From positions 763 to 64,762 of the forward strand of contig JBHEOA010000058.1 of assembly GCA_046261835.1 (NCBI GenBank): a stretch of 64,000 bases of DNA. The letters are read 5' to 3'. Numbering within the stretch: the first letter of the stretch is position 1; each line of letters begins with the position of its first letter. The notes beneath the pieces are model-generated. The model did no database searches. It was not told the origin of the DNA and saw only the letters and a list, made by a program, of their open reading frames with translations. Positions 1-10,162 of the stretch are shown one piece after another. The position numbers and the translations under genes are program-made. The DNA comes from Gemmatimonadota bacterium. Its GTDB lineage: Bacteria > Gemmatimonadota > Gemmatimonadetes > JACCXV01 > JAHWKZ01.

Positions 1-1179
1 GGCCTCCGCGGCTTTCACAATCGCCTCGCGCCGCGATAGCGGAACGTAGTTGGCGATCACTGCCCACACGTCTGCGAGGCCGGAATAGGCCAGCGGGAAT
101 GAAGGATCGGTCGCGATGGCCGCCTCGAATAGCCCAATCGCCGTATTTAGGCCTTCTCGCGTTCTCTCATTCCAGTGGTAGCGCGCGAGCAGATACTGTT
201 CGTACGCTTCGATGCTCTCGGTGCGCCGGCCAGCGATCCGCTCCCGCTCGCGTGGTGACAGATTCATCTCAAGAGCGGCGGCGATCTGTTGTGCGACCTC
301 GGTTTGGATCGCGAAGATGTCTTCCAGGTTGCGGTCATACGTCTCGGCCCACAGGTGCCCGTCGGTGTGCACATCGGCGAGCTGGGCCACGATCCGAACT
401 CGTTCGCCGTGTCGTCGAACGCTTCCTTCGAGAACCGTGGCTACTCCGAGCTCGCCGCCGATCTCGCGGAGCGATTTGGTCGCTCCCCGATATCGCATCG
501 CGGATGTCCGACTGATCACTTTGAGACCGTGGATCCGCGAGAGGGCCGTAATGATGTCTTCGGTGACGCCGTCGGCAAAGAATTCGTTCTCCGGATCGCC
601 ACTCATGTTGAGGAAGGGCAACACCGCGATGGAAGGCTCCGCGGATTCCGCTACCCGATGAGCCGTATCGTCGGCGCTCTCGGGCTCGCACAGCTCGTAT
701 ACGCAGAGGGGCGCGGTCCCCTTCAGTTGCCTTTCACCTAGCGCGCGGAAGGCAAACCCCGGCCTCTGGCGCATCTGACGCCAAACATCCTCGCTGACCA
801 GGATCTGCCCGGGAAGAGCATCCGCCTCCAGCCGCGCGGCTACGTTGATCCCGTCGCCATACAAGTCGCCGTCGGGCACGCCGGTCACGTCGCCTACATG
901 AACCCCTATGCGGACGGCGTTGCCCGTTCGACGCCGAACCTCGTCGCGCAAAACGATTGCGGCGGCGATGGCCGATCGCGTGCTGGGGAAGGCGGAGAGG
1001 ACGCCGTCTCCCATACGTTTTACTACCCTGCCCCGCCGCTCCTCGACGACTTCGCGCACGATCTCGTGGAAGGCCTGAGCCAGGTGGAAAGCACCATCCG
1101 CGTCACGCGCGGCAAGCTCGGAGTAACCAACGAGATCGGCGAACCAGACGGCCGCGAGGTGAGGATCGGTTGCGTTCAC
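1..1179 (-). CDS. Class III adenylate/guanylate cyclase fused to TolB_N (SIAVLPF) and TPR region; C-terminus beyond window start; probable GTG start near 1179
   Basis: Own minus-strand translation gives cyclase motifs AVWFADLVGYSELA, KRMGDGVLSAF, GDGINV. Followed by PSIAVLPFLNMSGDPENEFFADGVTEDII, RYRGATKSLREIGGELGV and a TPR tail. No stop within window, so absent from the ORF track. Confidence 0.75.
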   Translation of the reverse strand, partial: MNATDPHLAAVWFADLVGYSELAARDADGAFHLAQAFHEIVREVVEERRGRVVKRMGDGVLSAFPSTRSAIAAAIVLRDEVRRRTGNAVRIGVHVGDVTGVPDGDLYGDGINVAARLEADALPGQILVSEDVWRQMRQRPGFAFRALGERQLKGTAPLCVYELCEPESADDTAHRVAESAEPSIAVLPFLNMSGDPENEFFADGVTEDIITALSRIHGLKVISRTSAMRYRGATKSLREIGGELGVATVLEGSVRRHGERVRIVAQLADVHTDGHLWAETYDRNLEDIFAIQTEVAQQIAAALEMNLSPRERERIAGRRTESIEAYEQYLLARYHWNERTREGLNTAIGLFEAAIATDPSFPLAYSGLADVWAVIANYVPLSRREAIVKAAEA

Positions 1180-1249
1180 GAATGGCCTCGGGTGAATCTG
1201 TAATCTTGGACTTTCCGAGAAGGGGCGCAATCGGCTGCCCGAGTCCGGC

Positions 1250-1627
1250 CTACAGGGGCGTGAGCCACACCTTGCGCGTCCGCGGTCCGTCGAACTCGCA
1301 CAGAAAGAGCGACTGCCAGCGGCCCAGGCGAAGCTCACCGTCCTCGACCGCGACGAGCGCCGAGGAGCCGACCAGCGACGCCATGACGTGGGCGGGCGCG
1401 TTTCCCTCGGCGTGGTCGTAGTCGGCTGTATCGGGTGCGATCGCTTCCAGCCGCGTCAGGATGTCTCGCGCAACCGCGGGATCGGCGCCCTCGTTGATCG
1501 TGATGCCGCACGTCGTGTGCGGGGTGTACACCATCCATACGCCGTCCTGCTCGCACGCCCGCGCGACTTGATCCGTGATCTCGACGAAGACGCGCTTCGC
1601 GGACGTCCGGAGGGTGATCTCCTTCAT
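1250..1627 (-). CDS. YjbQ/UPF0047 family protein (secondary thiamine-phosphate synthase-like)
   Basis: MKEITLRTSAKRVFVEITDQV...VYTPHTTCGITINEGADP...GRWQSLFLCEFDGPRTR is typical of YjbQ. The internal Met was chosen over the longer ORF 1250..1747. Confidence 0.7.
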   Translation of the reverse strand: MKEITLRTSAKRVFVEITDQVARACEQDGVWMVYTPHTTCGITINEGADPAVARDILTRLEAIAPDTADYDHAEGNAPAHVMASLVGSSALVAVEDGELRLGRWQSLFLCEFDGPRTRKVWLTPL

Positions 1628-1661
1628 CGCGAAAGCCCTCGAGGCGAACTTCGGTCCGAGG

Positions 1662-2117
1662 TCAACCGCCGACGGTGAACTCTTTCGCGCCGACCGGCTC
1701 GTTGGCGAGGAGGACCTCGGCGCGGTAGCGGCCGGGAGCGAGCCCACCGGCCGGGGCGAGGTCGAACGTCACGACCTCCTTACCGTTGAGCGACAGGTAC
1801 CGCCCTTCCTCGCCGACGATCGAGCCGTCCTGGTAGGTGAAGCGGGCGACGACGTTCAGCTGCTCGACGGTTCCGTCGAGCTCCGCCGACAGGAACACCG
1901 AATCGCCCGGCTGGAACGTCGTCGCTTCCTGGGCGATACCCCGCCCCTCCTCGACCGCGGCTCCGATCCGAAGGTCACGCACCGCGACCTGTTGCTCGAC
2001 CGGTGCCTCGTCGCCGCCCGCCGGCATCGGAACGCTCACTTCGGTCTCTTCGCCGCCGCCGCCGCAAGCGAGCGCTAAGGCCAGGAGGACGAACGAAGCG
2101 ATCTCTGATCGACGCAT
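1662..2117 (-). CDS. Hypothetical lipoprotein
   Basis: Signal peptide with lipobox LALALAC; no recognised domain. Confidence 0.5.
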   Translation of the reverse strand: MRRSEIASFVLLALALACGGGGEETEVSVPMPAGGDEAPVEQQVAVRDLRIGAAVEEGRGIAQEATTFQPGDSVFLSAELDGTVEQLNVVARFTYQDGSIVGEEGRYLSLNGKEVVTFDLAPAGGLAPGRYRAEVLLANEPVGAKEFTVGG

Positions 2118-2127
2118 AGGGCCCCTC

Positions 2128-2715
2128 CTACGGAGAGACGATGACCTTGGTCCCGATCGCGACCAGCCCGAAGACGGTCGCGATGTCTTCGTTGTACATC
2201 CGGATGCAGCCGTGGCTCGAGGCGCGGCCCACAGAGCCGCGGTCGCGAGTCCCGTGGATCGCGATCTCGTCGTCGATGTAGAGCGCGTAGTCGCCGAGGA
2301 CGCCGGGGATATAGCGTCGCGGATCTCCAGCCGGAGGAGGTCGCTGGCCCTTCTCGAGCCAGTGCCAATCGGGTGCGTACCAGGTCGGATCCTTCTTCAT
2401 GCGGCCGACCTCGAAGATTCCGGTCGGCGTGTCCCACTCCCAGGATCCGCCGTCGAGCTTGCGCAGCGAGCCACCGGTACCGACCCCAACCGGGAATTCA
2501 TGCAACATCTGGTCTCCCCGGTGAACGGCGATGCGACGCTCGGATACGGTTACGTGGAGCCAGACCTCTTCGGCATCAGGCGCTCGATAGGCGGCCCCCT
2601 GGAGCGCACCGGCGTGGTCGACGATGATCGACTCGCCGAGCGCGAGGAGCGTCTGGCCAGGCAAGTCGACCACAACCACGAGCGATAGAGCGACGGTCAG
2701 GAAGAACTGCGACAT
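2128..2715 (-). CDS. L,D-transpeptidase (YkuD domain)
   Basis: Catalytic signature HGT...SHGCIRM near the C-terminus; N-terminal signal/TM. Confidence 0.8.
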   Translation of the reverse strand: MSQFFLTVALSLVVVVDLPGQTLLALGESIIVDHAGALQGAAYRAPDAEEVWLHVTVSERRIAVHRGDQMLHEFPVGVGTGGSLRKLDGGSWEWDTPTGIFEVGRMKKDPTWYAPDWHWLEKGQRPPPAGDPRRYIPGVLGDYALYIDDEIAIHGTRDRGSVGRASSHGCIRMYNEDIATVFGLVAIGTKVIVSP

Positions 2716-4368
2716 CGATCTCCTAAGATACGTCGTATGCCGTCACCGGGGGGTTTGATGGGGGGCAGCCCCATTCGCTCGCGGAGCCGTACGAAGCGTG
2801 GGTCGTCCCGGATCGGATCCAGGCCGGGATCGAAGAAGATGTCCGGGGTCCTGCCCGCGGACCTCTGTTCGATCGACCGTTCGCACCAATCGAAGGCACG
2901 CTCGCGATCACCCGCGTGGAGGTACGTCACCGCCAGGGGGACGGTCGGCCCCTGTTCCTGCCCTGAAACGAGCGTTTGGTAGATCCGACCCGCACCCTCC
3001 CAGTATCCGCGCTAACCCTGCTCGCGCCAGGCACGCGCGAGTTCGGCGCTCAGCCGCTGGCCTGCCTCGGCCCCGGCCAACATCCGCGCCGTGGCGATCG
3101 CGTCCTCGTAGCGCCGGTCGTAGTAGTAGCCCAAGCCGAGCACCGTCGTGATGATCATCGACTGGGGATCGAGTTCGCGGGCGCGCTCGAGCTCGACGAC
3201 CGCCTCCCGCGTTCGACCAACCGCGTAGAGGTACTCGCCGTACCACTGATGGCCGGTAGCATATCCCGGACTGAGCTCGACCGCACGGATGTAGAGCTGG
3301 TCGGCGCGCTCCCATTGCCACCGCTCGTGAGCCACGGCGCCGAGCGTCGCGTACGCCTCTCCGCTTGTGGGATCGAATGTGAGCGCCTGCCGCGCCGCCG
3401 TTTCGGCACGCTGGGTGCCGTCCTCGCGTGGGTACTCCCCGTATTGGGGCAGCAGGAGGTACGTCTCGGCGATCCCGACGTGGGCCAGCGCGAAGCCTGG
3501 ATCTGCGGCGACCGCCTCCTGGAACAGGTCGAGAGCTCGGTCGAGATCCTCGAACGTTCGCCGGTTCCAGAAATACCGCCCGCGCAGGTACAACTGGTAC
3601 GCTTCTTGGTTCGAGGTCGGCGCTCTTTCGATTCGCTGGCGCTCGTCGCTAGTGAGCTCGATTTCGAGCGCACGCGCGATCGAAGTCGCCACGTCGCTCT
3701 GGATTGCGAATAGGCTCTCGACCTCGCGGTCGTAGCTCTCCGACCATAGGTGAGCATCTGTCGAGGCGTCGACGAGCTGGGCGTTGACCCGGACTCGATT
3801 GCCTTCTCGCCGCACGCTGCCCTCGAGGACGGTCGCGACTCCTAGCTCGCGAGCGATATCTCGCAGGCTCTTGTCTGTCTCCTTGTAGTGCATAACCGAT
3901 GTACGGCTTATTACCGTGAGCCCTTCGACCTTGGCGAGGTGACCGATGATCTCCTAGGTCATCCCGTCGCTGAAGAACTCCTGCTCCGGGTCCCCGCTCA
4001 GGTTGGCGAAGGGCAGGACCGCGATCGAGCCGCTGTCCACCGAGGGAACCTGGGCCGGCGTGCTCATCTCGGCAGACGGGGGTCGCGGGTCCTCGCCGTT
4101 TCTCCGGACCAGTGCCAGCGCTGCGCCGGCAACGATGAGGAGCGCCGCGATCATGAGCAGCTCGGGTCCGCTGGCCCGCTGTTGTCCCCGCTCACCGTGG
4201 TACCATGCCAGGACGAGGATGATTGGAAAGCCAATGGCAAGGAGGATGGTCAGTCCGCGTAAGACCGAAGAGGGCCAGCCGAAGTTGGTTCCGACCGTCG
4301 TCGCCACCTGGAGGACGAGCCACGCACCAGCCAGGTAGGCGAGTGCTCCGTTCTTGGGGGAGTGGGAG
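2697..4368 (-). pseudogene. Membrane-anchored TolB_N + TPR protein (cyclase-less paralogue of the gene at 1..1179) interrupted by two in-frame TAG codons; start not resolved
   Basis: ORFs 3954..5009 (C-terminal part), 3012..3893 and 2697..2930 are all in one frame. Read-through of the TAG at 3954-3956 gives ...SIAVLPFANLSGDPEQEFFSDGMT*EIIGHLAKVEGLTVISRTSVMHYKETDKSLRDIARELGV, the canonical TolB_N continuation. Read-through of the TAG at 3012-3014 gives ...AWREQG*RGYWEGAG...YLHAGDRERAF...DPRFVRLRERMGLPP, the family-typical C-terminus. Confidence 0.6.
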
Positions 4369-4369
4369 G

Positions 4370-6484
4370 TCAGTACCTCGCCAGTTCGCGGATCGCGTCG
4401 CGGATGTCCTCGACCTGCGGAAGGATCGCGTCCTCCAGCGACGGGGCATATCCCACCTGGGTGTCGAGCGCGGCGACCCGCCGCACGGGACCGTCCAGCA
4501 CCTCGAACAGCTCGTCGGCGACCCAGGCCGCGACCTCGGCACCGAAGCCCCACGAGATCGGATCCTCGTACACCACGACGACCTTGTTCGTGCGCCGGAC
4601 CGACCGAGCGACCGCCTCCCTGTCCCACGGCGAGAGCGAGCGCAGGTCGAGGATCTCGCACTCGATCCCGTCCGTTTCGGCCACCTCCTTCGCGGCGACT
4701 AGCGACCGCTGCACGGTCGCGCCGTACGTCACAATCGTGAGATCGTCGCCTTCGCGGACTTTCACCGCGCGTCCGAAGGGGATCATGTAGTCGGGCCCCG
4801 GATAGCGGCACTTGTTGTAGGTCTGGCGGTAGAGATGCTTGTGCTCGAGGAACATGACCGGATCGTCGCACCGGATTGCCGTCCGCAAGAGCCCGTTGGC
4901 GTCTTCGGCCGTGGCCGGCATGACCACCCTGAGGCCGGGGTTGGCAGTGAAGAGGATCATCCCCGATTGGGAGTGGTAAACGGCACCGCCCTTGAGGTAG
5001 CCCCCACATGGAACTCGCACGACGACCGGCGAGGCGAAGTCGCCGTTCGACCGCCAGCGCAGCAGCGCCAGCTCGTTTCGAATCTGCATGTAGGCGGGCC
5101 AGATGTAGTCGTAGAACTGAATCTCGACGACCGGCTTGAGGCCGCGTGTCGCCATGCCGACCGCGCGCCCCACGATGTTCGCCTCTGCGAGCGGCGAGTT
5201 GAAGACGCGGATCGAGCCGTACTTGCGCTGAAGGTTGGCGGTGACCTTGAACACGCCGCCCTTCCCCTTGATCTCGCTCAGCGCCGCCTCGCGCGAGGCG
5301 TCGGCCACATCCTGGCCGAAGAGCACGATCCGTGGATTTCGCGCCATCTCATCGGAGAGACATGCGTTGAGGAGGTCGACCATGGTTGTGGGCTCGCCCT
5401 CGTTGCGGGGATCCGTCGCGAAGGCGTCGGATGTGGGATCGACCTCGGACGAGTAAACATGAAGGGTCGCGGTGTCGGGCTCGGGCTGAATCGCAGCGAG
5501 GGCGCGCTCGGTGGCGGTCTCGATCTCGCGATCGACCTCGTTCCGGACAGCCTCGAGCTCTTCCTCGGTCGCGATCCCTTCGGCCACCAGAAAGCGGGGG
5601 AAGGTGGTCAGGGGATCGCGGGATGCTTCCTCTTCCCGCTCCCGCTCTGGCCTGTAGAGACGCTCGTCGTCGGACAGCGAGTGACTGTAAGGACGAATGA
5701 GGTGGGCGTGGATCAGGCCCGGTCCTTTGCGCCCACGCACGTGAGCGACCGCTCCCTCGAGGGCAGCATACGACGCCAACGGATCGCAACCGTCGCACTC
5801 CGTTACGTAGAGTCCCGGGAACGATCGGACGAGCTTGGAGATCGAGCCCCCGGCGGTTTGGACCTCGACCGGGACGCTGATCGCGTACTTGTTGTCCTCG
5901 ATCAGGTAGAGGACCGGCAGCGCCAGGTTGCACGCGGTGTTCAGCGACTCCCAGAACTCGCCCTCCGAGGTGGTGCCGTCCCCCGAGGTCACGAGCACGA
6001 TGTCGTCGTCACGCACATCAGGGTCGTTTGCCAGCTCCGGGATCCGCTCCTTGCGCATGCGGGCCTCGGCGCACCCGACAGCGTTGAGGAACTGCGTTCC
6101 CGTCGGACTCGAGGTCGACACGATGTTGAGCTCGCGGGAGCCCCAATGAGAGGGCATCTGGCGACCGCCGGACTGAGGATCGTCGGCGGCCCCGACGGCC
6201 TGGAGGAGCTGGGCCTCGACCGAGAGCCCGAGCGCGAGGCACAGCGCGCGGTCGCGATAGTAGAGGTAAAACCAGTCGTAGCCCGGCTTCAGCAGCTGGG
6301 CGGCGGCGACCAGAACCGCTTCGTGCCCAGCGCCCGAGATCTGGAAGAAGATCTTGTTCTGGCGCTTGAGCTGAATTTCTCTGTCGTCGACCCGTCTCGC
6401 CGCGTAAATCGTGCGGTACCAGCGGACGAGCGTAGCTGCGTCGAGGCCGGTTGCCGGCGCGGTTTGCGCGTACGGGAGCTGCAT
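4370..6484 (-). CDS. 2-oxoacid (branched-chain/pyruvate-type) dehydrogenase E1 component, fused alpha/beta subunits (TPP-dependent)
   Basis: 704 aa from the internal ATG at 6484. N-terminal half is E1alpha-like ([17 protein letters not shown]...[15 protein letters not shown]). C-terminal half is E1beta/transketolase-like ([20 protein letters not shown]...FLEHKHLYR). Confidence 0.85.
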   Translation of the reverse strand: MQLPYAQTAPATGLDAATLVRWYRTIYAARRVDDREIQLKRQNKIFFQISGAGHEAVLVAAAQLLKPGYDWFYLYYRDRALCLALGLSVEAQLLQAVGAADDPQSGGRQMPSHWGSRELNIVSTSSPTGTQFLNAVGCAEARMRKERIPELANDPDVRDDDIVLVTSGDGTTSEGEFWESLNTACNLALPVLYLIEDNKYAISVPVEVQTAGGSISKLVRSFPGLYVTECDGCDPLASYAALEGAVAHVRGRKGPGLIHAHLIRPYSHSLSDDERLYRPEREREEEASRDPLTTFPRFLVAEGIATEEELEAVRNEVDREIETATERALAAIQPEPDTATLHVYSSEVDPTSDAFATDPRNEGEPTTMVDLLNACLSDEMARNPRIVLFGQDVADASREAALSEIKGKGGVFKVTANLQRKYGSIRVFNSPLAEANIVGRAVGMATRGLKPVVEIQFYDYIWPAYMQIRNELALLRWRSNGDFASPVVVRVPCGGYLKGGAVYHSQSGMILFTANPGLRVVMPATAEDANGLLRTAIRCDDPVMFLEHKHLYRQTYNKCRYPGPDYMIPFGRAVKVREGDDLTIVTYGATVQRSLVAAKEVAETDGIECEILDLRSLSPWDREAVARSVRRTNKVVVVYEDPISWGFGAEVAAWVADELFEVLDGPVRRVAALDTQVGYAPSLEDAILPQVEDIRDAIRELARY

Positions 6485-6623
6485 AAGAGCCGATTTTAGC
6501 CAGGGCCGAAGCACCACGCCACGCGTTTCCGCGTCTAGGGAACTCCCAGCTTGTGGGAAGGCACGGCGTCCGCGCGTTATATTCACCGTTCCAGTCCGGC
6601 CGGCCCTCACTTCCACTCGAAGG

Positions 6624-7265
6624 ATGTCGATGCCCGTAGACGGAAAGACGCGTAAGGACGCGTGGGCGATCGTCGAGGAGTTCACCGACAGCGAGAACCT
6701 GCGCCGCCACATGCTCGCGGCCGAGGCCGGGATGCGAGGCTACGCGCGGATCTTCGGCGAAGACGAAGAGAAGTGGGGCTTGGTGGGGTTGCTGCACGAC
6801 TTCGACTACGAGAAGTACCAGGGCCCGAACGGCCATCCGTTCGTCGGCGTCCAGATCCTCGACAAACGAGGGTGGCCCCGCGAGGTGCGACGCGCGATCC
6901 TGTCGCACGCTGACTACACCGGCGTTCCCCGCGAAACCAGAATGGAGAAGACGCTTTACGCCGTCGATGAGCTGAGTGGTTTTCTCGTCGCGTGCGTGAT
7001 CGTGCGGCCGAGCAAGTCGTTCAAGGATCTCACCGTCGCTTCGGTCAAGAAGAAGATGAAGGACAAGAGCTTTTGCGGAGCCGTCGATCGCGAGGACCTC
7101 AAGCGCGCGGCTGTCGATCTAGGAATCGCCTTCGACAAGCACGTCGAGAACGTGATCAAGTTCCTCGCTCCCATCGAGGAAGAGCTCGGCCTCGGTGCGG
7201 CAGCCGGCAAAGACTCCGCGCCTGCCGCGTCAGTCAAGAAGGCCACAGGCAAGAAGACCAAGTAA
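6624..7265 (+). CDS. HD-domain metal-dependent phosphohydrolase (COG2316-like)
   Basis: [10 protein letters not shown]...[13 protein letters not shown] motifs; start chosen at internal [17 protein letters not shown]. Confidence 0.6.
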   Translation: MSMPVDGKTRKDAWAIVEEFTDSENLRRHMLAAEAGMRGYARIFGEDEEKWGLVGLLHDFDYEKYQGPNGHPFVGVQILDKRGWPREVRRAILSHADYTGVPRETRMEKTLYAVDELSGFLVACVIVRPSKSFKDLTVASVKKKMKDKSFCGAVDREDLKRAAVDLGIAFDKHVENVIKFLAPIEEELGLGAAAGKDSAPAASVKKATGKKTK

Positions 7266-7289
7266 CTACAAAACGAGTCGATTCGGTCG

Positions 7290-7367
7290 CGTTCCTGACA
7301 GTACGAATGCGCCGGCACGGTCTATCCTTAGGTAGGGTCGCGACCCCGGATAGGGGTCGCTAAATCC
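7290..7367. promoter_or_regulatory. Intergenic region with perfect 12-nt palindrome GGGTCGCGACCC (~7335-7346) and a third GGGTCGC half-site, upstream of lipoprotein gene 7368
   Basis: Seen directly in sequence: ggtagGGTCGCGACCccggatagGGGTCGCtaaatcc. Could be an operator or the terminator of the HD gene. Confidence 0.25.
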
Positions 7368-7901
7368 ATGACCACAGGAGGTGGAATCGTGAGGTACCGC
7401 GCGTTTCTGCCGAGTCTTGGTCTCGCCGCGATTCTGGCTCTGGCTTGCCAGGAGGAGCCACAGGATGCCGGGGACATGGCCCAGGCTCCGGGCACGGCGA
7501 CTGGGCTCGAGGCCCGGTCGGTCGAGGTGGATCTCGAAGCCATCAATGAGAGTGGGGTCAGCGGAACGGCCCGGATCGGGAACAAGGACGATCAGATCCT
7601 CATCGATCTCACGCTAGAGGGAGCGAGCCCGGGCGAGAGGTACGTCGCGTACATCCACCGCGGCGAGTGCCAAAACGACCTCGGCCTGATCTCTCCTGTC
7701 GGGGAGCTGACAGTCAGCGAGGGTCACGAGAAGATCACTGGTTCGATCGACAAGGCCTCGCTGGAGCCGACTCAGAATTACTTCGCGCAAGTCACCACTG
7801 GCGACAACGTGCTGATCGCGTGCGGAAACCTTCCGGGAGAGGTCTACGGCGCGGCGCCGGGCACTGAAAGCGGCACGACTGAACCGCTCAGCTCTCCTTG
7901 A
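7368..7901 (+). CDS. Hypothetical lipoprotein (paralogue of 9626..10155)
   Basis: Lipobox LALAC; core ARIGNKDDQILIDLTLEGASPGERYVAYIHRGECQ resembles the core of 9626..10155 (..HTAMIHDGSCA..). Confidence 0.5.
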   Translation: MTTGGGIVRYRAFLPSLGLAAILALACQEEPQDAGDMAQAPGTATGLEARSVEVDLEAINESGVSGTARIGNKDDQILIDLTLEGASPGERYVAYIHRGECQNDLGLISPVGELTVSEGHEKITGSIDKASLEPTQNYFAQVTTGDNVLIACGNLPGEVYGAAPGTESGTTEPLSSP

Positions 7902-9429
7902 GCGAGGGATCGGAGAAGTTCTCGAGCGTCTCCTTGACGACGACCATAAAGTGGTCGGCGGTCGCGCCGTCGACCACGCGGTGATCGTACGAAATCGAGA
8001 AGTAGGCGCAGGTTCGCACGCCGATCGAGTCGTCGGGTCCCACGACCTTGACCCGCTTCTCGATCGCTCCGACTCCGAGGATCGCGACCTGCGGCTGGTT
8101 GATGATCGGGGTCCCTATCAAGGAGCCGAAGACTCCCGGGTTGGTGATCGTGAAGGTTCCGTCCTGGACTTCCTCGGGCAGGAGCTTCTTGGTTCGCGCT
8201 CGTTCAGCGAGGTCGTTGGCGGTGCGCGCGAGCCCGACCAATGACAGCTCGTCGGCGTGCTTGATGACGGGCACGATCAGGCCGAATTCCTTCCCCTGCG
8301 GGAGCGCAACCGCCATCCCGATGTTGATGTCCTTCTTGAGGACGATGTTCTCGCCCCATACCGAGGAATTGAGCACCGGCCACTCCTTGATGCCTGCGAC
8401 CACGGCCCGGATGATGAACGGCAGGTAAGTCAGGTTGACGCCGGAGTCCTCGAGGAAGCGCGGCTTGTTGAGCCGCCTGAGCTCCGCGACTCTCGTCATG
8501 TCGATCTCGAAGAACGTGGTGACGTGCGCCGAGGTGCGCTGTGACTGGATCATGTGCTCTGCGATCTTCCGGCGCATGATCGACATCGGCACCACTTCGA
8601 CCCGGTCCTTGTCGCCGAAAGGACGCGGGGGCTCACCCATCGCCGCCACGGCGGCCGGCTCGATCGCCGCCGGCGTGGGTCGTTCGAGCTCGGACGGCGC
8701 GGGCCGTGGGACCGGGGGGACCTCGGGCGCGGCGGGTCTCCGGGTCGCGCTGGGCTCGACTCCGGATGCGGCCGGCGCGGGAGCCTTCTCGCGCGCTTCG
8801 ACGTAGGCCAGGATGTCGCGCTTCGTCACCCGCCCCGAGAGGCCGGTACCCTGAACCTCGGCGAGATCGACTCCGTGCTCGGCGGCGATGTTGCGGACGA
8901 GCGGCGATGAGCGTTGGCGTCGCAACTCGGCCTTGGACGGTATCCGGCCGGCGCCTTTGCCATCGCCCTCTTGGCTCTCCACGCGCCCGGGCTCGCGACG
9001 CGGGATCGTGGCTTCGTCTTCGGGTGGCGCTGTGGATGCGGGCTGCGGCTCGGCGTGGGCTTCTGGGACGGGCGCACCGGCGGGGGCCGATCGCGCGCTC
9101 GGTGCCCCATCGGGCTGTGGCTCGGGAGCGGGCGGGGCCTCCGCCTCCTCGGTGACGGGTGTGGAGACCGGACCTCCTGCTGGCACCTCACCTTCCTGGT
9201 AAATCTTCGCCACCACCACACCGACCTCCACCGTCTCGCCTTCCGGGACCACGATCTCGCCCAGCGTGCCAGCTGCTGGCGAGGGGATCTCGGCGTCGAC
9301 CTTGTCGGTCGAGATCTCGAAGAGGTTTTCGTCGCGCTGGACCTGGTCGCCCTCCTTCTTGAGCCACTTGACCAGCGTACCCTCGGCGATCGATTCCCCC
9401 ATCTGCGGCATGATGACGTCGATTGGCAT
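7888..9429 (-). CDS. Dihydrolipoamide acyltransferase E2 component of a 2-oxoacid dehydrogenase complex
   Basis: Lipoyl domain MPIDVIMPQMGESIAEGTLVKW...EISTDKVDAEIPSP. Ala/Pro linkers, peripheral subunit-binding domain, and C-terminal catalytic domain ending SYDHRVVDGATADHFM. Confidence 0.85.
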   Translation of the reverse strand: MPIDVIMPQMGESIAEGTLVKWLKKEGDQVQRDENLFEISTDKVDAEIPSPAAGTLGEIVVPEGETVEVGVVVAKIYQEGEVPAGGPVSTPVTEEAEAPPAPEPQPDGAPSARSAPAGAPVPEAHAEPQPASTAPPEDEATIPRREPGRVESQEGDGKGAGRIPSKAELRRQRSSPLVRNIAAEHGVDLAEVQGTGLSGRVTKRDILAYVEAREKAPAPAASGVEPSATRRPAAPEVPPVPRPAPSELERPTPAAIEPAAVAAMGEPPRPFGDKDRVEVVPMSIMRRKIAEHMIQSQRTSAHVTTFFEIDMTRVAELRRLNKPRFLEDSGVNLTYLPFIIRAVVAGIKEWPVLNSSVWGENIVLKKDINIGMAVALPQGKEFGLIVPVIKHADELSLVGLARTANDLAERARTKKLLPEEVQDGTFTITNPGVFGSLIGTPIINQPQVAILGVGAIEKRVKVVGPDDSIGVRTCAYFSISYDHRVVDGATADHFMVVVKETLENFSDPSLKES

Positions 9430-9625
9430 GAGCGCCCTCCTTGGCGGGCCGGTCGGGGGAAAGAGTGGACGGAGGCGTGGAACGATAGCCAAGGCAGCCA
9501 GACCGCACCACCGGAACAGGGAAGCTCTGTCAACCTTCTGACGGTCGTCCGGGGCCTGACATCACAGACTATGAGCGGGGCCGGTCGCGTCGTGCACAGA
9601 CACGACGAGGAGGGAGAAACAGCGA

Positions 9626-10155
9626 TGTCCACGTTCGAACGATGGGCCGCGGTCGGGTTTCTGACCGGAGCGCTCGTCCTGATGGGCTGCACCTCGGGTC
9701 AACGCCGAGAGACCGAGGAGACCGCGGACGAGGTCGCCGAAGAGACCGAGGAGGTCGCCGGAGAAGTCGCGGAGGAGACGCAGAAAGCGGCCGACCGGGC
9801 GGAGGATTACGTAGATATGGAGACCACGGCCACGATCGAGGGCGTCGGAGGATCGGGCCTGGCGGGCAACGCCGACCTCTCGTTCGACAGCGGCCAGGCT
9901 CGAGTCGAGGTCGAGCTCGCTGGCGTCGCAGATGCCGCCGCTCATACCGCGATGATTCACGACGGCTCGTGCGCGGCGTACGGCGGACCGGTCGTGACGC
10001 TCGACGGCTTCATCTCTCAGGGGGGTGGCCTCGAAAGCGTGACGACGTTCGACGAGAGCCGACTGGTGGATGGGTCGCGCTACGCCGTCGTCGTCCACGG
10101 GCAGGGCGGTGCGGTTGTGGGATGCGGCGACTTCGGGGAGATCGACCGCGGCTGA
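9626..10155 (+). CDS. Hypothetical lipoprotein with acidic linker (paralogue of 7368..7901)
   Basis: MSTFERWAAVGFLTGALVLMGCTSG lipoprotein signal and E-rich linker. Conserved core VELAGVADAAAHTAMIHDGSCAAYGGPV is shared with 7368..7901. Confidence 0.5.
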
Positions 10156-10162
10156 TTCGGAT

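Noticed and set aside
2716-3011. Apparent 300-nt non-coding gap upstream of the L,D-transpeptidase
   Set aside because: It is actually coding: the C-terminal exon-like continuation of the TPR pseudogene after the second in-frame TAG.
3954-5009. N-terminal 213 aa of ORF 3954..5009 overlapping the E1 fusion gene
   Set aside because: Overlaps the well-supported E1 gene on the same strand in another frame. Only the part downstream of ~4368 (TM helices plus SIAVLPF) belongs to the TPR pseudogene.
8826-9692. Long antisense/alternative-frame ORFs in the track (e.g. 8826..9692, 8914..10155 N-part, 11879..13414, 14527..16266, 16079..17611, 19734..21764, 20588..22297, 24598..26160, 25830..27437, 36650..37747, 49121..50758)
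   Set aside because: Arg/Pro/Gly-rich low-complexity translations typical of open antisense frames in high-GC DNA. Each overlaps a gene with clear family signatures on the other strand or frame.
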